Shown here piece by piece: positions 1 to 11,107 of a stretch of 64,000 nt of DNA; positions within the stretch are counted from its first letter, which is position 1, and every line of letters begins with the position of its first letter. Below the pieces are notes generated by a model that worked only from the letters and a program-made list of their open reading frames with translations, made no database searches and was not told where the DNA came from. The stretch covers positions 284,549-348,548 of the forward strand of contig JBAZNJ010000001.1 in the NCBI GenBank assembly GCA_041649315.1. The letters are read 5' to 3'. Origin of the DNA: Patescibacteria group bacterium. Its GTDB lineage: Bacteria > Patescibacteriota > Patescibacteriia > Patescibacteriales > UBA12465. Both the position numbers and the translations under genes were made by a program.

Positions 1-2019
1 GATAAAACCGCTTTTATCGCCGCGCGAAACGGCGCTAAAGTTATAAAAGAAAAAAATCAAGGCTACGGAATCGCTATCCGACGCGGCTTCTGTGAAGTTC
101 AGGGAGAAATTATAGCTGTTTTAGACGGAGATGGCCAATATCCGGTCGAAAAAATCACTGAAATAGTCGAATATTTAGAAAAAAAAAATTTAGATTTTAT
201 TTCCGCTTCTCGATTCCCTCTAAAAAATAAAAAATCTTTATCAATCACTAGAAAAATAGGGAATAATCTTTTAACCGCCGCCGCTGTTTTTATTTTTGGC
301 TTCAAGCTTAAAGACTCTCAGTCCGGCATGTGGATTTTTAGAAAAAAAATATTAGATAAAATAAAACTAGAAAGCGAGGGGATGCCTTTATCAGAAGAAA
401 TAAAATTAAAAGTTTTAAACAATCATAAATTAAAATTCTCGGAATATCCAATTGGCTATCGGCCACGGCATGGTAAATCTAAACTACTTCCTTTTAAAGA
501 TGGCGCGGCGAACTTTCTTTATCTTTTCAAATTAAAATTTAAACTCTTAAAAAGTAACCGCCAACCTTTATGGTTTTTACTGGGAGTTATTTTTTTAAGT
601 CTAGTTATCGCGTCTTTAGCCGCTATTAATATAAAAAAACCTTTTTATCATGTTACTAGCGATGTTAATGGACAAAACGGACTTGCCGCTATAAATATCG
701 TCAATAATAGCGCCATAAAAATGCGATTTGGTTTAGCTACTTACGCCTTTATTGACAACCCTCAAACTGGAGACTTTTATACTCATCACCCAGCCGGTTT
801 TATTTGGCCAACTGTATGGTCTTATAAACTTTTTGGGGTAAGTGAAGCCACAACGCGTCTTGGTCCCTTATTATTCATGCTTACGGGTTTTTGGTTTTTT
901 GCTTATAGCTTGCGAAAAATATTCACCCCCAACATATCTCATCCCTTAATGATTCTGGCAGTATTTTCTATTTTACCGGGCGTTATTTTTTACGGCGAAA
1001 CCTTAGAATTAGCAATTTTCTCTCTACCAGCGGCCATGATAAGTTACTCTTTGTTTGTCGCCTGGCTCTACCGGAAAAATAAATTATACCAAATATTTTT
1101 CTTTATTTCCGTATTTTTAGGAGGTTTAATCGGCTGGTTTTTTTATTTAATTATCCCAGGAATTATAGTCTCCATCCTAATGGCTAAAGATATCAAAAAA
1201 CCTTGGTCTATTATAATTACTACATCTGCCGTCACAATACTCAGTGCCCTGGCAAACATGTTACATTTTTATTGGTTAAACGGTAATATCTTTAACAATC
1301 TAATTGGCGCTTTTAAAGAGCGCTCTAATCGCCCGGATTTTTTTATGCTTTGGATTGAAAGAATTTTTGATATGGCTCGCTTGCATTTTACTGATTTATT
1401 TTTATTTTTAGCCTTACTGGGATTAATTTTTATTATTTGCCGACCTCGATATTTTAAAGAATTAAAAATTTTTTTTCCTTGGCTATTATTCCCCTTGTTA
1501 GTATTTTTGATTTTCTCTCAATGGTCAACTCATCCTTTTGGCGTCATCTTTTTATCTCCGCTTATTGCTATTTTAGCGGGCTGGCTCATAGCTTCTGCCA
1601 CGATTCAAATAACTAAAAAAACCAACCAAGTGTTAAACGGTGTAATAATAATTTTAATAATTTTTAGTTGTGGTTTTAGCGCCAGTCTAAAAAATATAAA
1701 CTATTTCTTTAATGATTTTATAATTCTCGCTCCGACCGATCTAGACTTCTTAAAGTCCTTAAAGCCAAACGTTGACAATAAGGAAATATGCCTAGGACAA
1801 AATAATATGGGTATCGGCTACTACGGGATAATCCAATGGGTTTTAGAAAAAAATTTACTATTTTCGCCTGATTGCTTCAACCATAATTTTAACTCGGCCA
1901 TAATTTTTAATCCTCGCTTAGGTAATTTTTATGAAATAGAGGCGGCCAAATTTATTAAAAATGGCTTTGTCTTTAAATCTTGTTCTGGATATTTATGTCT
2001 TTTGGAAAAACAAATTTAA
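1..2019 (+). CDS. Family 2 glycosyltransferase (dolichyl-phosphate sugar synthase-like) fused to a C-terminal polytopic membrane domain; 5'-partial, enters the window in frame
   Basis: Frame 1 is open from position 1 (DKTAFIAARNGAKVIKEKNQGYGIAIRRG...AVLDGDGQYPVE...SASRF) into the annotated ORF 328..2019 with no stop, giving a GT2 catalytic core. The downstream half is very hydrophobic with many predicted TM helices. Confidence 0.6.
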   Translation, partial: DKTAFIAARNGAKVIKEKNQGYGIAIRRGFCEVQGEIIAVLDGDGQYPVEKITEIVEYLEKKNLDFISASRFPLKNKKSLSITRKIGNNLLTAAAVFIFGFKLKDSQSGMWIFRKKILDKIKLESEGMPLSEEIKLKVLNNHKLKFSEYPIGYRPRHGKSKLLPFKDGAANFLYLFKLKFKLLKSNRQPLWFLLGVIFLSLVIASLAAINIKKPFYHVTSDVNGQNGLAAINIVNNSAIKMRFGLATYAFIDNPQTGDFYTHHPAGFIWPTVWSYKLFGVSEATTRLGPLLFMLTGFWFFAYSLRKIFTPNISHPLMILAVFSILPGVIFYGETLELAIFSLPAAMISYSLFVAWLYRKNKLYQIFFFISVFLGGLIGWFFYLIIPGIIVSILMAKDIKKPWSIIITTSAVTILSALANMLHFYWLNGNIFNNLIGAFKERSNRPDFFMLWIERIFDMARLHFTDLFLFLALLGLIFIICRPRYFKELKIFFPWLLFPLLVFLIFSQWSTHPFGVIFLSPLIAILAGWLIASATIQITKKTNQVLNGVIIILIIFSCGFSASLKNINYFFNDFIILAPTDLDFLKSLKPNVDNKEICLGQNNMGIGYYGIIQWVLEKNLLFSPDCFNHNFNSAIIFNPRLGNFYEIEAAKFIKNGFVFKSCSGYLCLLEKQI

Positions 2020-2048
2020 TTCAATAAAAAATTACTTAATACTAATTT

Positions 2049-2831
2049 ATGAATAATCACAAATTTAAACGCATCTTAATAGCAACCATTAAATCGGCCG
2101 GGGCTTCCTTACTGAAAGATTACAAAACCATGAAACGTACTGAGGCACAGCTTAAGGGCGGACGCGATTTAGTCACGCCGGCGGATTTAAAAAGCGAAAA
2201 AATTATTATTAGCGCCATCAAAAAAAATTTTCCGAATCATCAAATTTTATCGGAAGAAGCCGGTTTAAGCGCCAAGCACGAAGATTATTTATGGATTATT
2301 GATCCGCTTGACGGCACGACTAATTTTTATATTCATAATCCTTTGTGGTCGGTTTCGGTTGCCTTAGCTTATAAAGGCGAATTGATTTTAGGCGCGATCT
2401 ACGCCCCGCTTTTAGATGAATTATACTTCGCGGCTAAAGGCCAGGGCGCTTATCTAAACAACAAAAAAATAAAAGTCCGGGATGATAAGTTAAAAAATAT
2501 CAATGCTTTCTGCCATGGCCGAGAAGATAAAAATATTAAACGCGCTCTAAAATATTTCTCTTACCAAAAACAAAACGCTCTTGACTGCCGACAACTTGGC
2601 AGTGCCGCGATTGAATTAGCTTATGTCGCTACCGGCCGACTGGCTTCCTTTCTTGTTCCCGGCGCCTGGGCCTGGGACGTCGCAGCCGGCGTTTTACTGG
2701 TTCGCGAAGCCGGCGGGCGCGTTACGGATTTTAAAGGCCGCGACTGGAAAATAAAAGAACGCGATTTATTGGCGGCTAACAAAAAGGTACATGGAGAAAT
2801 TTTGAGGACGATTAGAAAATTAAAGATTTGA
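2049..2831 (+). CDS. Inositol monophosphatase family protein (SuhB/IMPase-like)
   Basis: WIIDPLDGTTNF motif and AWDVAAGVLLVREAGG C-terminal signature, both typical of the IMPase family. Confidence 0.8.
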   Translation: MNNHKFKRILIATIKSAGASLLKDYKTMKRTEAQLKGGRDLVTPADLKSEKIIISAIKKNFPNHQILSEEAGLSAKHEDYLWIIDPLDGTTNFYIHNPLWSVSVALAYKGELILGAIYAPLLDELYFAAKGQGAYLNNKKIKVRDDKLKNINAFCHGREDKNIKRALKYFSYQKQNALDCRQLGSAAIELAYVATGRLASFLVPGAWAWDVAAGVLLVREAGGRVTDFKGRDWKIKERDLLAANKKVHGEILRTIRKLKI

Positions 2832-2875
2832 TAATAAGGACTACTCCGGCTGGCTTGGCGAATTAATAATTAAAC

Positions 2876-2908
2876 CACAAAAAAACGAGGATAAAATCTC
2901 GTTTTTTT
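2876..2908. terminator. Bidirectional hairpin terminator between the convergent IMPase-like and uvrA genes
   Basis: aaaaaCGAGgataaaatCTCGttttttt hairpin flanked by A and T runs. Confidence 0.5.
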
Positions 2909-3007
2909 AATCTAATACTAAAAATATAATTTAAAATTAACCGATAATCTATCCTAAAATCCAGCCCAACAATATGCCACTATAATCAAACCGCTGGATC
3001 AACTAAT

Positions 3008-5500
3008 CTATTTAAGCGCCTCCTTTAAATACTTCCCAGTATAACTTTTCGCGACCTTCGCCACTTCTGGCGGCGTGCCGGCCGCCACGATTTGGCCGCC
3101 TTCGTCGCCGCCGCCCGGGCCTAAATCAATAACCCAATCCACCGATTTAATCACATCTAAATTATGCTCGATAATCAAAACCGTATTCCCCTGATCGACT
3201 AACATATTTAAAACTTTCAACAAGCGGTCAATATCCGCAAAATGCAAGCCGGTGGTCGGTTCATCTAAAATATATAGTGTCCGACCGGTGGCCCGACGCG
3301 ATAATTCGGTCGCGAGCTTAATGCGCTGGGCCTCGCCGCCGGAAAAAGTCGTCGCGCTTTGGCCGAGTTTAATATAGCCGAGACCGACTTCTTCTAAGGT
3401 TTTCAATTTCTGACTCAGGGCGGAATGATTCTTAAAAAATTCCGCGGCCTCAGCAACGGTCATTTCTAAAACTTCAAAAATATTCTTGCCTTGATATAAG
3501 ACCTCTAGGACTTTCGATTTAAAACGCCGACCGCCGCAAACCTCGCAAGTCAAATAAACATCGGATAAAAATTGCATCTCAACTTTGATAACCCCGTCGC
3601 CGGCGCAATTCTCACAGCGTCCGCCCGGCACATTAAAAGAAAAATGTCCGGCGCTCAAACCTTTAACCCGCGCTTCCGGAAGTTCCGCAAAAATATCCCG
3701 GATATAAGTGAATAAACCGGTATAAGTCGCCGGATTAGAGCGCGGCGTCCGGCCGATCGGCGACTGATCAATATCAATAACCTTGTCGATTAGCTCTAAG
3801 CCGGTGAGCGCCTGATGCGCGCCCGGCTCGGTTTTCGCTCGATAAAATTTCTTGCTCAAAGCGTTCGCCAAAATATCGCTCATCAAAGTTGATTTACCCG
3901 AACCGGAAACGCCGGTAATCGCCACTAATTTGCCGAGCGGAATCTCGACGTCAATATTTTTCAAATTATGTTCGGTCGCGCCGATAATCTTGATTGCTCC
4001 GCCGTTTCCTTTCCGAAATTGCGCCGGCATCTTAATCGCCTTCTTTCCGGATAAATAAGCGCCGGTCAATGATTCGCCGCATTTTTTAATTTCCGCCGGC
4101 GTACCGGTAAATAAAACCCGACCGCCATTATCCCCGGCGCCCGGTCCGATATCAACAAGCCAATCAGCCGCCAAAATCGTCGCGGCATCATGCTCAACCA
4201 CAATTACGGTATTTCCGTTATCGCGCAGACCTTTTAAAGTCGCGATTAATTTATCATTATCCCGCTGATGCAGTCCAATAGACGGTTCGTCTAAAACATA
4301 TAAAACGCCGCTCAAAGTCGAGCCGACTTGCGAAGCGAGGCGGATCCGCTGGGCTTCGCCGCCGGACAAAGTCATGGCCGGCCGGCTTAAAGTCAAATAA
4401 TCTAAACCGACATTAGCTAAAAAATCTAAATTTTTTATAATTTCTTTAATAATCGGTTCGCTGATTTCACGCTGGCCGTTTAAAGATGTCGTGCTCTTGA
4501 GCCAACTTTTCAATAAAGCTAAAAGATCTTTAATGCTTTTATTGGTCAATTCAATGATTGATAGGTTATTTATTTTTATTTCTAAAGATTCCGGTTTCAA
4601 ACGCGCGCCCTGACAATTCGGGCATAAAGAAACGCGCATAGTTTTTTCGATTTCGCCTTTAACAAAACCGGATTTTGTCTCATTATACTTATCCTCTAAA
4701 ACTTTCAATAGGCCGCTAAAAATCCCGTCGCCGGATAAAATTAATTTTTTCTGTTCCGGAGCAAGGTCTTTAATCGCCGGCCGCAAGCTAAAATCATGGC
4801 GGGCGGCCAATTCGTTCAACTCGGAAAACAAACCGTTGCCGCTTAAATTAACATGCGACAAGGGCTTAATCGCTCCCTCTAAAATACTGAGGTTATGATT
4901 AAATATCAATTCCGGATCAATTTCCGCCTTCGTGCCTAGACCGCCGCAAGCCAAACATGCGCCGCTTGCGGAATTAAAAGAAAAATCGCGCGGTTCCGGT
5001 TCGGCGCGGCGATAGTCGCAATTCGGACAAGAAAAAAACCGTTCCAATTTCGTGGATTTTATTTGGCGGCCGCGCACATTTTTAATCGTCTTTTTCTCCT
5101 GGCTATCCTTTTTTAATTTTACCTTGCAATGCGGACAGTATGGTTGACCGGCGCGGGCGTAAAGCAAGCGCAGATAATCATAAATTTCCGTAATCGTCCC
5201 GACGGTCGAGCGCGGATTATGACCGGTCGTCCGCTGATCGATAGAAATCGCCGGCGACAAACCTTCGATCAAATCGACTTCCGGCTTATTCATTAGGCCC
5301 ACAAATTGGCGGGCATAAGAAGATAAAGATTCAACATAACGACGCTGGCCTTCAGCATAGACCGTATCAAAGGCCAAAGAAGATTTTCCCGAACCGGACA
5401 AACCGGTAATTACCACTAATTTATCCCGCGGAATATCTAAATTGATATTTTTCAAATTATTAGTCCGCGCTCCCTTGATCCTAATGAAATTACCGGCCAT
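3008..5500 (-). CDS. uvrA: Excinuclease ABC subunit A (UvrA)
   Basis: Two ABC ATPase modules ([10 protein letters not shown] and [10 protein letters not shown] Walker A; LSGGEAQR signature twice) and zinc-finger cysteines (CPHC, CPNC). At 830 aa it is shorter than canonical UvrA, as in reduced genomes. Confidence 0.9.
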   Translation of the reverse strand: MAGNFIRIKGARTNNLKNINLDIPRDKLVVITGLSGSGKSSLAFDTVYAEGQRRYVESLSSYARQFVGLMNKPEVDLIEGLSPAISIDQRTTGHNPRSTVGTITEIYDYLRLLYARAGQPYCPHCKVKLKKDSQEKKTIKNVRGRQIKSTKLERFFSCPNCDYRRAEPEPRDFSFNSASGACLACGGLGTKAEIDPELIFNHNLSILEGAIKPLSHVNLSGNGLFSELNELAARHDFSLRPAIKDLAPEQKKLILSGDGIFSGLLKVLEDKYNETKSGFVKGEIEKTMRVSLCPNCQGARLKPESLEIKINNLSIIELTNKSIKDLLALLKSWLKSTTSLNGQREISEPIIKEIIKNLDFLANVGLDYLTLSRPAMTLSGGEAQRIRLASQVGSTLSGVLYVLDEPSIGLHQRDNDKLIATLKGLRDNGNTVIVVEHDAATILAADWLVDIGPGAGDNGGRVLFTGTPAEIKKCGESLTGAYLSGKKAIKMPAQFRKGNGGAIKIIGATEHNLKNIDVEIPLGKLVAITGVSGSGKSTLMSDILANALSKKFYRAKTEPGAHQALTGLELIDKVIDIDQSPIGRTPRSNPATYTGLFTYIRDIFAELPEARVKGLSAGHFSFNVPGGRCENCAGDGVIKVEMQFLSDVYLTCEVCGGRRFKSKVLEVLYQGKNIFEVLEMTVAEAAEFFKNHSALSQKLKTLEEVGLGYIKLGQSATTFSGGEAQRIKLATELSRRATGRTLYILDEPTTGLHFADIDRLLKVLNMLVDQGNTVLIIEHNLDVIKSVDWVIDLGPGGGDEGGQIVAAGTPPEVAKVAKSYTGKYLKEALK

Positions 5501-5623
5501 AGAAGTTAAAAATAAAAAATAAATGTTGCCGATATTATAGCGGAAAAAATGAAAGAAGGCAAGACAAGTAAATAAAAACGCCCGAGCTTAATTAACTCGA
5601 GCATTATTTGGTTTTTATTTTAA

Positions 5624-6022
5624 TTAACATATCTTTATATCCCGAACAGCTAATTTCCCATGTTCCGAATATAAATAAAAACTGAATTCTTCTCCGGGGA
5701 AATCATCTCTTCCGTGAACATAAACGCTTTCTCCTGATTTTAAAACCTTAAATAAACTGTCTAAGGCCAAACCCGGTGTTTTCCCGGAAAAATAATCATC
5801 CCGACTCTTATAATGGATTGAACCGCCATAGCAATTCAAAAAACAAGAGCCGTCTTCATTATAAACAACCGAAAAACGGCAAGGATTCTTAAGGAGCCCC
5901 AAAGGCGTTTCCTTTAAAAATTCGTAAATTTCCTTTAATTCTCCGCCGACGTTTTCAATAAAATTCGGCAAAGAATAAAGAGAACAATACGCTTCTAAAA
6001 ATTCTAATTCTGTTTTAATCAT
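5624..6022 (-). CDS. Hypothetical protein
   Basis: 132-aa ORF with protein-like composition and no recognisable motif. Confidence 0.35.
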   Translation of the reverse strand: MIKTELEFLEAYCSLYSLPNFIENVGGELKEIYEFLKETPLGLLKNPCRFSVVYNEDGSCFLNCYGGSIHYKSRDDYFSGKTPGLALDSLFKVLKSGESVYVHGRDDFPGEEFSFYLYSEHGKLAVRDIKIC

Positions 6023-6129
6023 AATCTTATATTTTTAATGAACAATTGCTTTTACCTTTCTTATCTTAAACTTTCCTAATTTTTTGTCAATCGTTGCTAG
6101 GAAATAAACAAATTAATGTCGCCCGCGCC

Positions 6130-7218
6130 TTAAAATATCGGATACAAGAATTTAAAAACCATAATCAAAACCCGGTCAATCCAGCGTCGCTGTTTAGATT
6201 CGGCAACAAAAAATTCCGATTCACTTTTCCATTTTTCAATTAAACGAGCTAGCTCCGCCACTAAATTTCTCTGGCGAAAAAACATTCCAGCTTCAATATT
6301 AAAATTAAAAGAAAGAACGTCCAGATTCTGCGAACCAACCACGCCCTCTTCATTATCAATCAACATTATCTTGGCATGGTTCATAAACGGCGAACGATAA
6401 ACCTTTGCTCCATATTCGGACAAGCGGCAAGCATTAAGATAATTTATCTTGTTAAGCGGTTTAACATCGGTATCTCGCGGAATCAATATTTCAACCCGCA
6501 CGCCGCGGCGGCAAGCATTTTCTAATAAAGCGATAAAACGGCGCGGCGGCAGAAGATAAGGCGTAACAATTATGATTGATTGTTGGGCGGCGGCAATCAC
6601 GCGGCGATAATAAGTATTTAAATAATAAAACTTACCCGTACGGGGAAAATTATCCGTCACCCATGACTTTATTTTCTGAACTAATGGCAAACGGCTATAT
6701 GTTAAAATGTTTTCCTTCCGGCCGCCGGCCATTTCATAAGCATAAGCGAAAGATTTTAAAATTCGCTTGACGATTTTTCCGCTCACTCTAATCTGAAGAT
6801 CGTGCCAATTACGGATCTTCTCTTCAATATTAACCCCGCCGATAAAAGCAATTTTTTTATCAATGATCAAGATTTTTCGATGCGTCCGGCGGAACAGATG
6901 AGAAAAATAATGAAATTCCACACCAACCGTTCGAAGCCGGGTAATAGCCGCGGACGACAAAGCCGAACTCCCCCAAGCGTCGGCAATAATCACAATCTCT
7001 AAACCGGCCCGCGCTTTCTGCTCCAATAACCCTAAAAAATCATGCGTTGTCCGAGTGTTGTCTAAAAAAATATACATCTCCATATACACCGAATTCTGCG
7101 CCGCCGAAATCGCTTTAAACATCCCGTCCCAGGCTTTTTGTGAAGTTGTATAAAATTTATAAATCATTTTTTCGTTTAACTTTATAATGATTAATTCGGC
7201 ATTCCAACCGACTATCAT
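6130..7218 (-). CDS. Phospholipase D family protein with two HKD motifs (cardiolipin synthase-like). The true start may be internal (MIYKF..., about 7167).
   Basis: Two HxK(x4)D motifs: HRKILIIDKKIAFIGGVNI and HAKIMLIDNEEGVVGSQNLD. Confidence 0.7.
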   Translation of the reverse strand: MIVGWNAELIIIKLNEKMIYKFYTTSQKAWDGMFKAISAAQNSVYMEMYIFLDNTRTTHDFLGLLEQKARAGLEIVIIADAWGSSALSSAAITRLRTVGVEFHYFSHLFRRTHRKILIIDKKIAFIGGVNIEEKIRNWHDLQIRVSGKIVKRILKSFAYAYEMAGGRKENILTYSRLPLVQKIKSWVTDNFPRTGKFYYLNTYYRRVIAAAQQSIIIVTPYLLPPRRFIALLENACRRGVRVEILIPRDTDVKPLNKINYLNACRLSEYGAKVYRSPFMNHAKIMLIDNEEGVVGSQNLDVLSFNFNIEAGMFFRQRNLVAELARLIEKWKSESEFFVAESKQRRWIDRVLIMVFKFLYPIF

Positions 7219-7252
7219 CTTCCGGCGGCAATTCTATCATCTGCCTACCTAT

Positions 7253-8068
7253 TTATGCCGCTAATAATCTTTTTAACTCAGGCATTTCCTTAAGCATGGC
7301 CCGTTCGCCAACTTCAATTAACCGCTCAGCCGTTGCCGCATTTAGATATTTTTTAAAATCCCGCGTCTTAATAAATTCTGAACAATCCGGTTCAACAACA
7401 ATATCCGCGCTCTTAACGGCGTTCTTAGCTAAATTATGCATCACGATCCGCGTACCGCGCAAAGCGGCGCGGGACATCGTGAACTTCTTGGCGATAAATT
7501 CATTCTTATTATACAGATTAACACCAATAACAATATCCACTCCGGCCTGCCGGACTAAATCGCCCGGTACCGGATCGCTCAAGCCGCCGTCAACTAATAA
7601 TTTATCCTGGTACTTGACTGGCTTAAAAACCAAAGGGACAGATAAGCTCGCTAAAACTGCCGTAGCAATATCGCCGCGCTTAAAAACAAAGGGCTGGCCG
7701 CTGATCAAATCGGTCGCGGTTATCTGAAGCGGTATTTTTAGAGAAGAAAAACTTTTTCGGCCCAATTTGCTTTTTAAATACTCGGATAATTTTCGACCGG
7801 CGATAAAACCGCCGGTTAAACTTACTTCCAAAAGCGGCTTTAAATTCCCGGCCGGCCGCGCCGCAAAATCTTTTTCTAATTTTTCCACGTCGCAAAAAAT
7901 CGCATAATGCGCCGCCGCCCAAGCGCCGATGCTTGATCCGCTTAAATAATCAATCGGAATATTATGTTTTTTCAAGGCCTTAAGGACGCCAATATGAGCA
8001 AAGCCCCGAAAGACACCGGAACCGAGCGCTAAACCAACTTTTTTTTGGGATTTTATTGAGGTTTTCAT
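7253..8068 (-). CDS. Patatin-like phospholipase
   Basis: Glycine-rich oxyanion motif GSGVFRG, nucleophile elbow GSSIGA (GxSxG) and a downstream DGG motif. Confidence 0.75.
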   Translation of the reverse strand: MKTSIKSQKKVGLALGSGVFRGFAHIGVLKALKKHNIPIDYLSGSSIGAWAAAHYAIFCDVEKLEKDFAARPAGNLKPLLEVSLTGGFIAGRKLSEYLKSKLGRKSFSSLKIPLQITATDLISGQPFVFKRGDIATAVLASLSVPLVFKPVKYQDKLLVDGGLSDPVPGDLVRQAGVDIVIGVNLYNKNEFIAKKFTMSRAALRGTRIVMHNLAKNAVKSADIVVEPDCSEFIKTRDFKKYLNAATAERLIEVGERAMLKEMPELKRLLAA

Positions 8069-8376
8069 AATTTGACCAAGTTAATTTTGTCACTTATAAT
8101 AAAATTATAACATTAAAATATAAAAATAACGATTATTAATGTTCTTTGAAGTATTAGGGCACAGCCTATGGGATGGCGGCGCGAAGCGACCTTGGCTAAT
8201 TATTAATAAATAAAGCCGATTTCCAAAGAAATCTGAAGAGACTGCTTTAGTCTGCTAACACATTTAATTAGTTCTTGACGTACGACAAGAACGAGTGATA
8301 GCACCCAGCTCATTTTCCGGGACCCGCGACCCCCTTCTACAATAAAAAAAAGAAGGGGGTTTTATTTCATTCATTT

Positions 8377-9345
8377 ATGTTTTATCTATTACAACTATTC
8401 GTCGAATGGCTAACCTATGGCCTTGGCGGCCTAAACCCAGCATCGCATCTTGGAACAGCGACATATTTCTTTATCTACGACTCTTTAAAAATTTTAATCC
8501 TGCTTCTGGTAATTAATTATTTCATGGCCATCTTGCGCCATTATTTGCCGATTGAAAAACTGCGCGATTTTTTAGCCTCACGCAAATGGTATGGTTTAGA
8601 TTATTTTTTAGCCGCAATTTTCGGTGCAATAACGCCGTTCTGTTCCTGTTCGTCAATTCCTCTCTTTATCGGTTTTTTGGAAGCCGGAATTCCTCTGGGC
8701 GTAACTTTGTCGTTCTTAATCGTTTCCCCCTTAGTTAATCAAGTGGCGGTAGTGCTTTTCGCCGGATTATTCGGCTGGAAAATTACAATTTTATATGTGG
8801 CAGCGGCGGTCTTGCTGGGAATGGTCGGCGGTTTTATTTTAAACAAATTAAAACTGGAAAAATATGTGGCTGATTATGTTTGGAAAATAAAAAGCCAAAA
8901 GCTTGAAGTAAAAAATGAAAAAATTCTATTCAGAAAGTTGCTTAAAAATTTTTGGGACGAAGGATTTGCTCTGACCAAAAAAATTACGCCCTATGTTCTA
9001 ATTGGCATTGCCGTCGGCGCCGCGATTCATGGTTTTGTGCCGGCCGGATTTTTTGAAAAATATATAACCGCTGAGAATCTGTTCGCCGTTCCGGCGGCCA
9101 CTATTATGGCCGTACCACTATACGCTAATTCTGTCGGCGTTATTCCAATCATGCAATCCTTAGTAGAAAAAGGAATTCCCTTGGGCACGGCTCTGGCCTT
9201 TATGATGGCGGTGGTCGGCTTGTCTTTACCGGAAGCCTTGATTTTAAAACGAGTAATGAAGGTAAAATTACTCGTTTACTTCTTCGGCATAACCACTATC
9301 AATATAATCATCATTGGATATCTATTTAACGCCTTCGTGAAATAA
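8377..9345 (+). CDS. Predicted permease (DUF318/ArsP-like, with paired cysteine motif)
   Basis: Polytopic membrane protein with TPFCSCSSIPLFIGFLEAGIPLG, as in the two-cysteine permease family. Confidence 0.55.
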   Translation: MFYLLQLFVEWLTYGLGGLNPASHLGTATYFFIYDSLKILILLLVINYFMAILRHYLPIEKLRDFLASRKWYGLDYFLAAIFGAITPFCSCSSIPLFIGFLEAGIPLGVTLSFLIVSPLVNQVAVVLFAGLFGWKITILYVAAAVLLGMVGGFILNKLKLEKYVADYVWKIKSQKLEVKNEKILFRKLLKNFWDEGFALTKKITPYVLIGIAVGAAIHGFVPAGFFEKYITAENLFAVPAATIMAVPLYANSVGVIPIMQSLVEKGIPLGTALAFMMAVVGLSLPEALILKRVMKVKLLVYFFGITTINIIIIGYLFNAFVK

Positions 9346-9371
9346 TAAGACCTTAGTGATATAATATAATC

Positions 9372-10481
9372 ATGAGGCAAAAAATAAAAAATTTAATAGA
9401 AATCATCTTAATTTCCCTGATTTCATTATCAATTATCTTCGGAGTTTTTAAAATTGCCCGAGCGCCGCTCGGAGAATTTATAGAAAGCCTGGCTCAAAGA
9501 GAAAATACTATCCGTGATAACGACGCCCGTTTGCCGACCGTGCCGACCGTGCCAGAAAAAGCGCCGGTCGTTTTTATTTTCGGCGGCGACGTGATGCTTT
9601 CGCGCCAGGTCAATAGCCGGATGGTAAAATATGATAACTATTCCTGGCCCTTGGCTAAAATCGCAAATTTTTTAAAAACCGCGGATTTAACAATTATCAA
9701 TCTTGAATCACCTTTTTTACTGACCGACGATTATTATGTCCCGACCGGTTCCTTTTCTTTTAAGGCCGACCCGCAGGCAATTAGCGGCCTAATCGCTGCC
9801 GGAATTGATATTGTTTCTTTGGCTAATAACCATGCTTTAAACCAGGGCGTCCGGGGGCTAAGCGATACTTTCCGGATATTAAGCGATAATGGAATAAAAT
9901 ATATCGGGGCCGGAAATAACGAGGCCGAAGCGCGGCAAGGCGAAATCATTGCTATTAACGACGATAAATTTGGCTTCCTGGCCTACGCTTATTTAAACGA
10001 CGCCTCTCTGGCCGGAGAAAATTCTTCGGGCATCGTTAATATGGATATAGAAAAAATGCAGGCTGACGTCGCAAGATTAAAAAAGCTTGGCGCGGAAGTA
10101 ATCTTAAACATGCACGCCGGCATTGAATACGTAACTGAGCCGAATCAACAACAAATTGATTTCGCTCACGCGGCCATAGACGCCGGCGCGGCCGCAGTTA
10201 TCGGCCATCATCCGCATTGGCCGCAAACTTTTGAAATTTATCAAGGCCGACCAATTATTTATTCCCTCGGTAATCTTGTTTTTGATCAGATGTGGTCGGA
10301 AGAAACCCGGCAAGGATTGCTCGCAAAAATGACTTGGCGCGACGACTGGGAAGAAATCGAATTGATTCCAATAAAAATTTATGACTACGGCCAGGCGGAA
10401 ATAATCACGGATAAAGCGGAGCGAAAAATAATCTTAGAGAAAATCGGCGCGCCGGAAAACGGGATGATTTTAATGGAATGA
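9372..10481 (+). CDS. CapA/PGA_cap family metallophosphatase-like protein (poly-gamma-glutamate capsule synthesis-like)
   Basis: N-terminal TM segment, then FIFGGDVMLSRQ, LANNHALNQG and GHHPHWPQ motifs. Confidence 0.65.
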   Translation: MRQKIKNLIEIILISLISLSIIFGVFKIARAPLGEFIESLAQRENTIRDNDARLPTVPTVPEKAPVVFIFGGDVMLSRQVNSRMVKYDNYSWPLAKIANFLKTADLTIINLESPFLLTDDYYVPTGSFSFKADPQAISGLIAAGIDIVSLANNHALNQGVRGLSDTFRILSDNGIKYIGAGNNEAEARQGEIIAINDDKFGFLAYAYLNDASLAGENSSGIVNMDIEKMQADVARLKKLGAEVILNMHAGIEYVTEPNQQQIDFAHAAIDAGAAAVIGHHPHWPQTFEIYQGRPIIYSLGNLVFDQMWSEETRQGLLAKMTWRDDWEEIELIPIKIYDYGQAEIITDKAERKIILEKIGAPENGMILME

Positions 10482-10530
10482 TTTTAAAAAGCAAACCATT
10501 AAAAAATTATAATTAATAATACTAATTAAT

Positions 10531-10950
10531 ATGGAGGATACAAAAAATAAGAAGAGCTTAACGGTTTTGAGCAGTAAATTTTATAGACGCTGGATGTTCG
10601 TGTTAGGCGTTATAGCAACCATTGCTTATCGTATCATCGTTGTCTTAAACGGCTATAATCAAATTTATGTCCAAATTGCTTGGTATATAGGCACTATCGG
10701 ATTCGTCTGGTATTTTGCTCATAGATTTAAGATTGAAAACCGTCGCGATAAACTAATCACTGACCTAGGCTTAGAAAAGAAGATAAAAAATAACCAAGTC
10801 CTAACCGATAAAGAGAGAGAATCTTTGGTATATATTTTAAAAGGTCTTCAAACTAGCTTGTCAAAATGGAATTATATCGCTATTTTCTTTTTTTCAGCCA
10901 TCGCTTTAATCTACGGTTTCTTCCAGGATATTTTGCATTTGATGAATTAA
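10531..10950 (+). CDS. Small membrane protein
   Basis: 139 aa with three hydrophobic segments. Confidence 0.4.
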   Translation: MEDTKNKKSLTVLSSKFYRRWMFVLGVIATIAYRIIVVLNGYNQIYVQIAWYIGTIGFVWYFAHRFKIENRRDKLITDLGLEKKIKNNQVLTDKERESLVYILKGLQTSLSKWNYIAIFFFSAIALIYGFFQDILHLMN

Positions 10951-11107
10951 AGGTTCTTAAGTAAATTGTCGTCCTCGCCCGCCGCCGGCTTGTTCAGTCC
11001 CCCGACTTACGAGGCAAAATAATTGACTTATTCCTTAAAATTTATTAATATAAACGGAATCGTAATTTAAAATTTAACTATTAATCACTATAAAAAGGAG
11101 GTAACTC

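Noticed and set aside
99-305. 68-aa minus-strand ORF at the window start
   Set aside because: The plus-strand frame 1 is open across it and encodes a convincing GT2 catalytic domain continuous with ORF 328..2019. The minus ORF is antisense noise.
3852-4058. 68-aa plus-strand ORF inside uvrA
   Set aside because: Fully embedded antisense to a high-confidence UvrA coding region.
7296-7922. Plus-strand 143-aa and minus-strand 80-aa ORFs overlapping the patatin gene
   Set aside because: Both are embedded in or antisense to the patatin-like CDS, which carries clear catalytic motifs; their composition is Arg/Ser-rich frame-shift noise.
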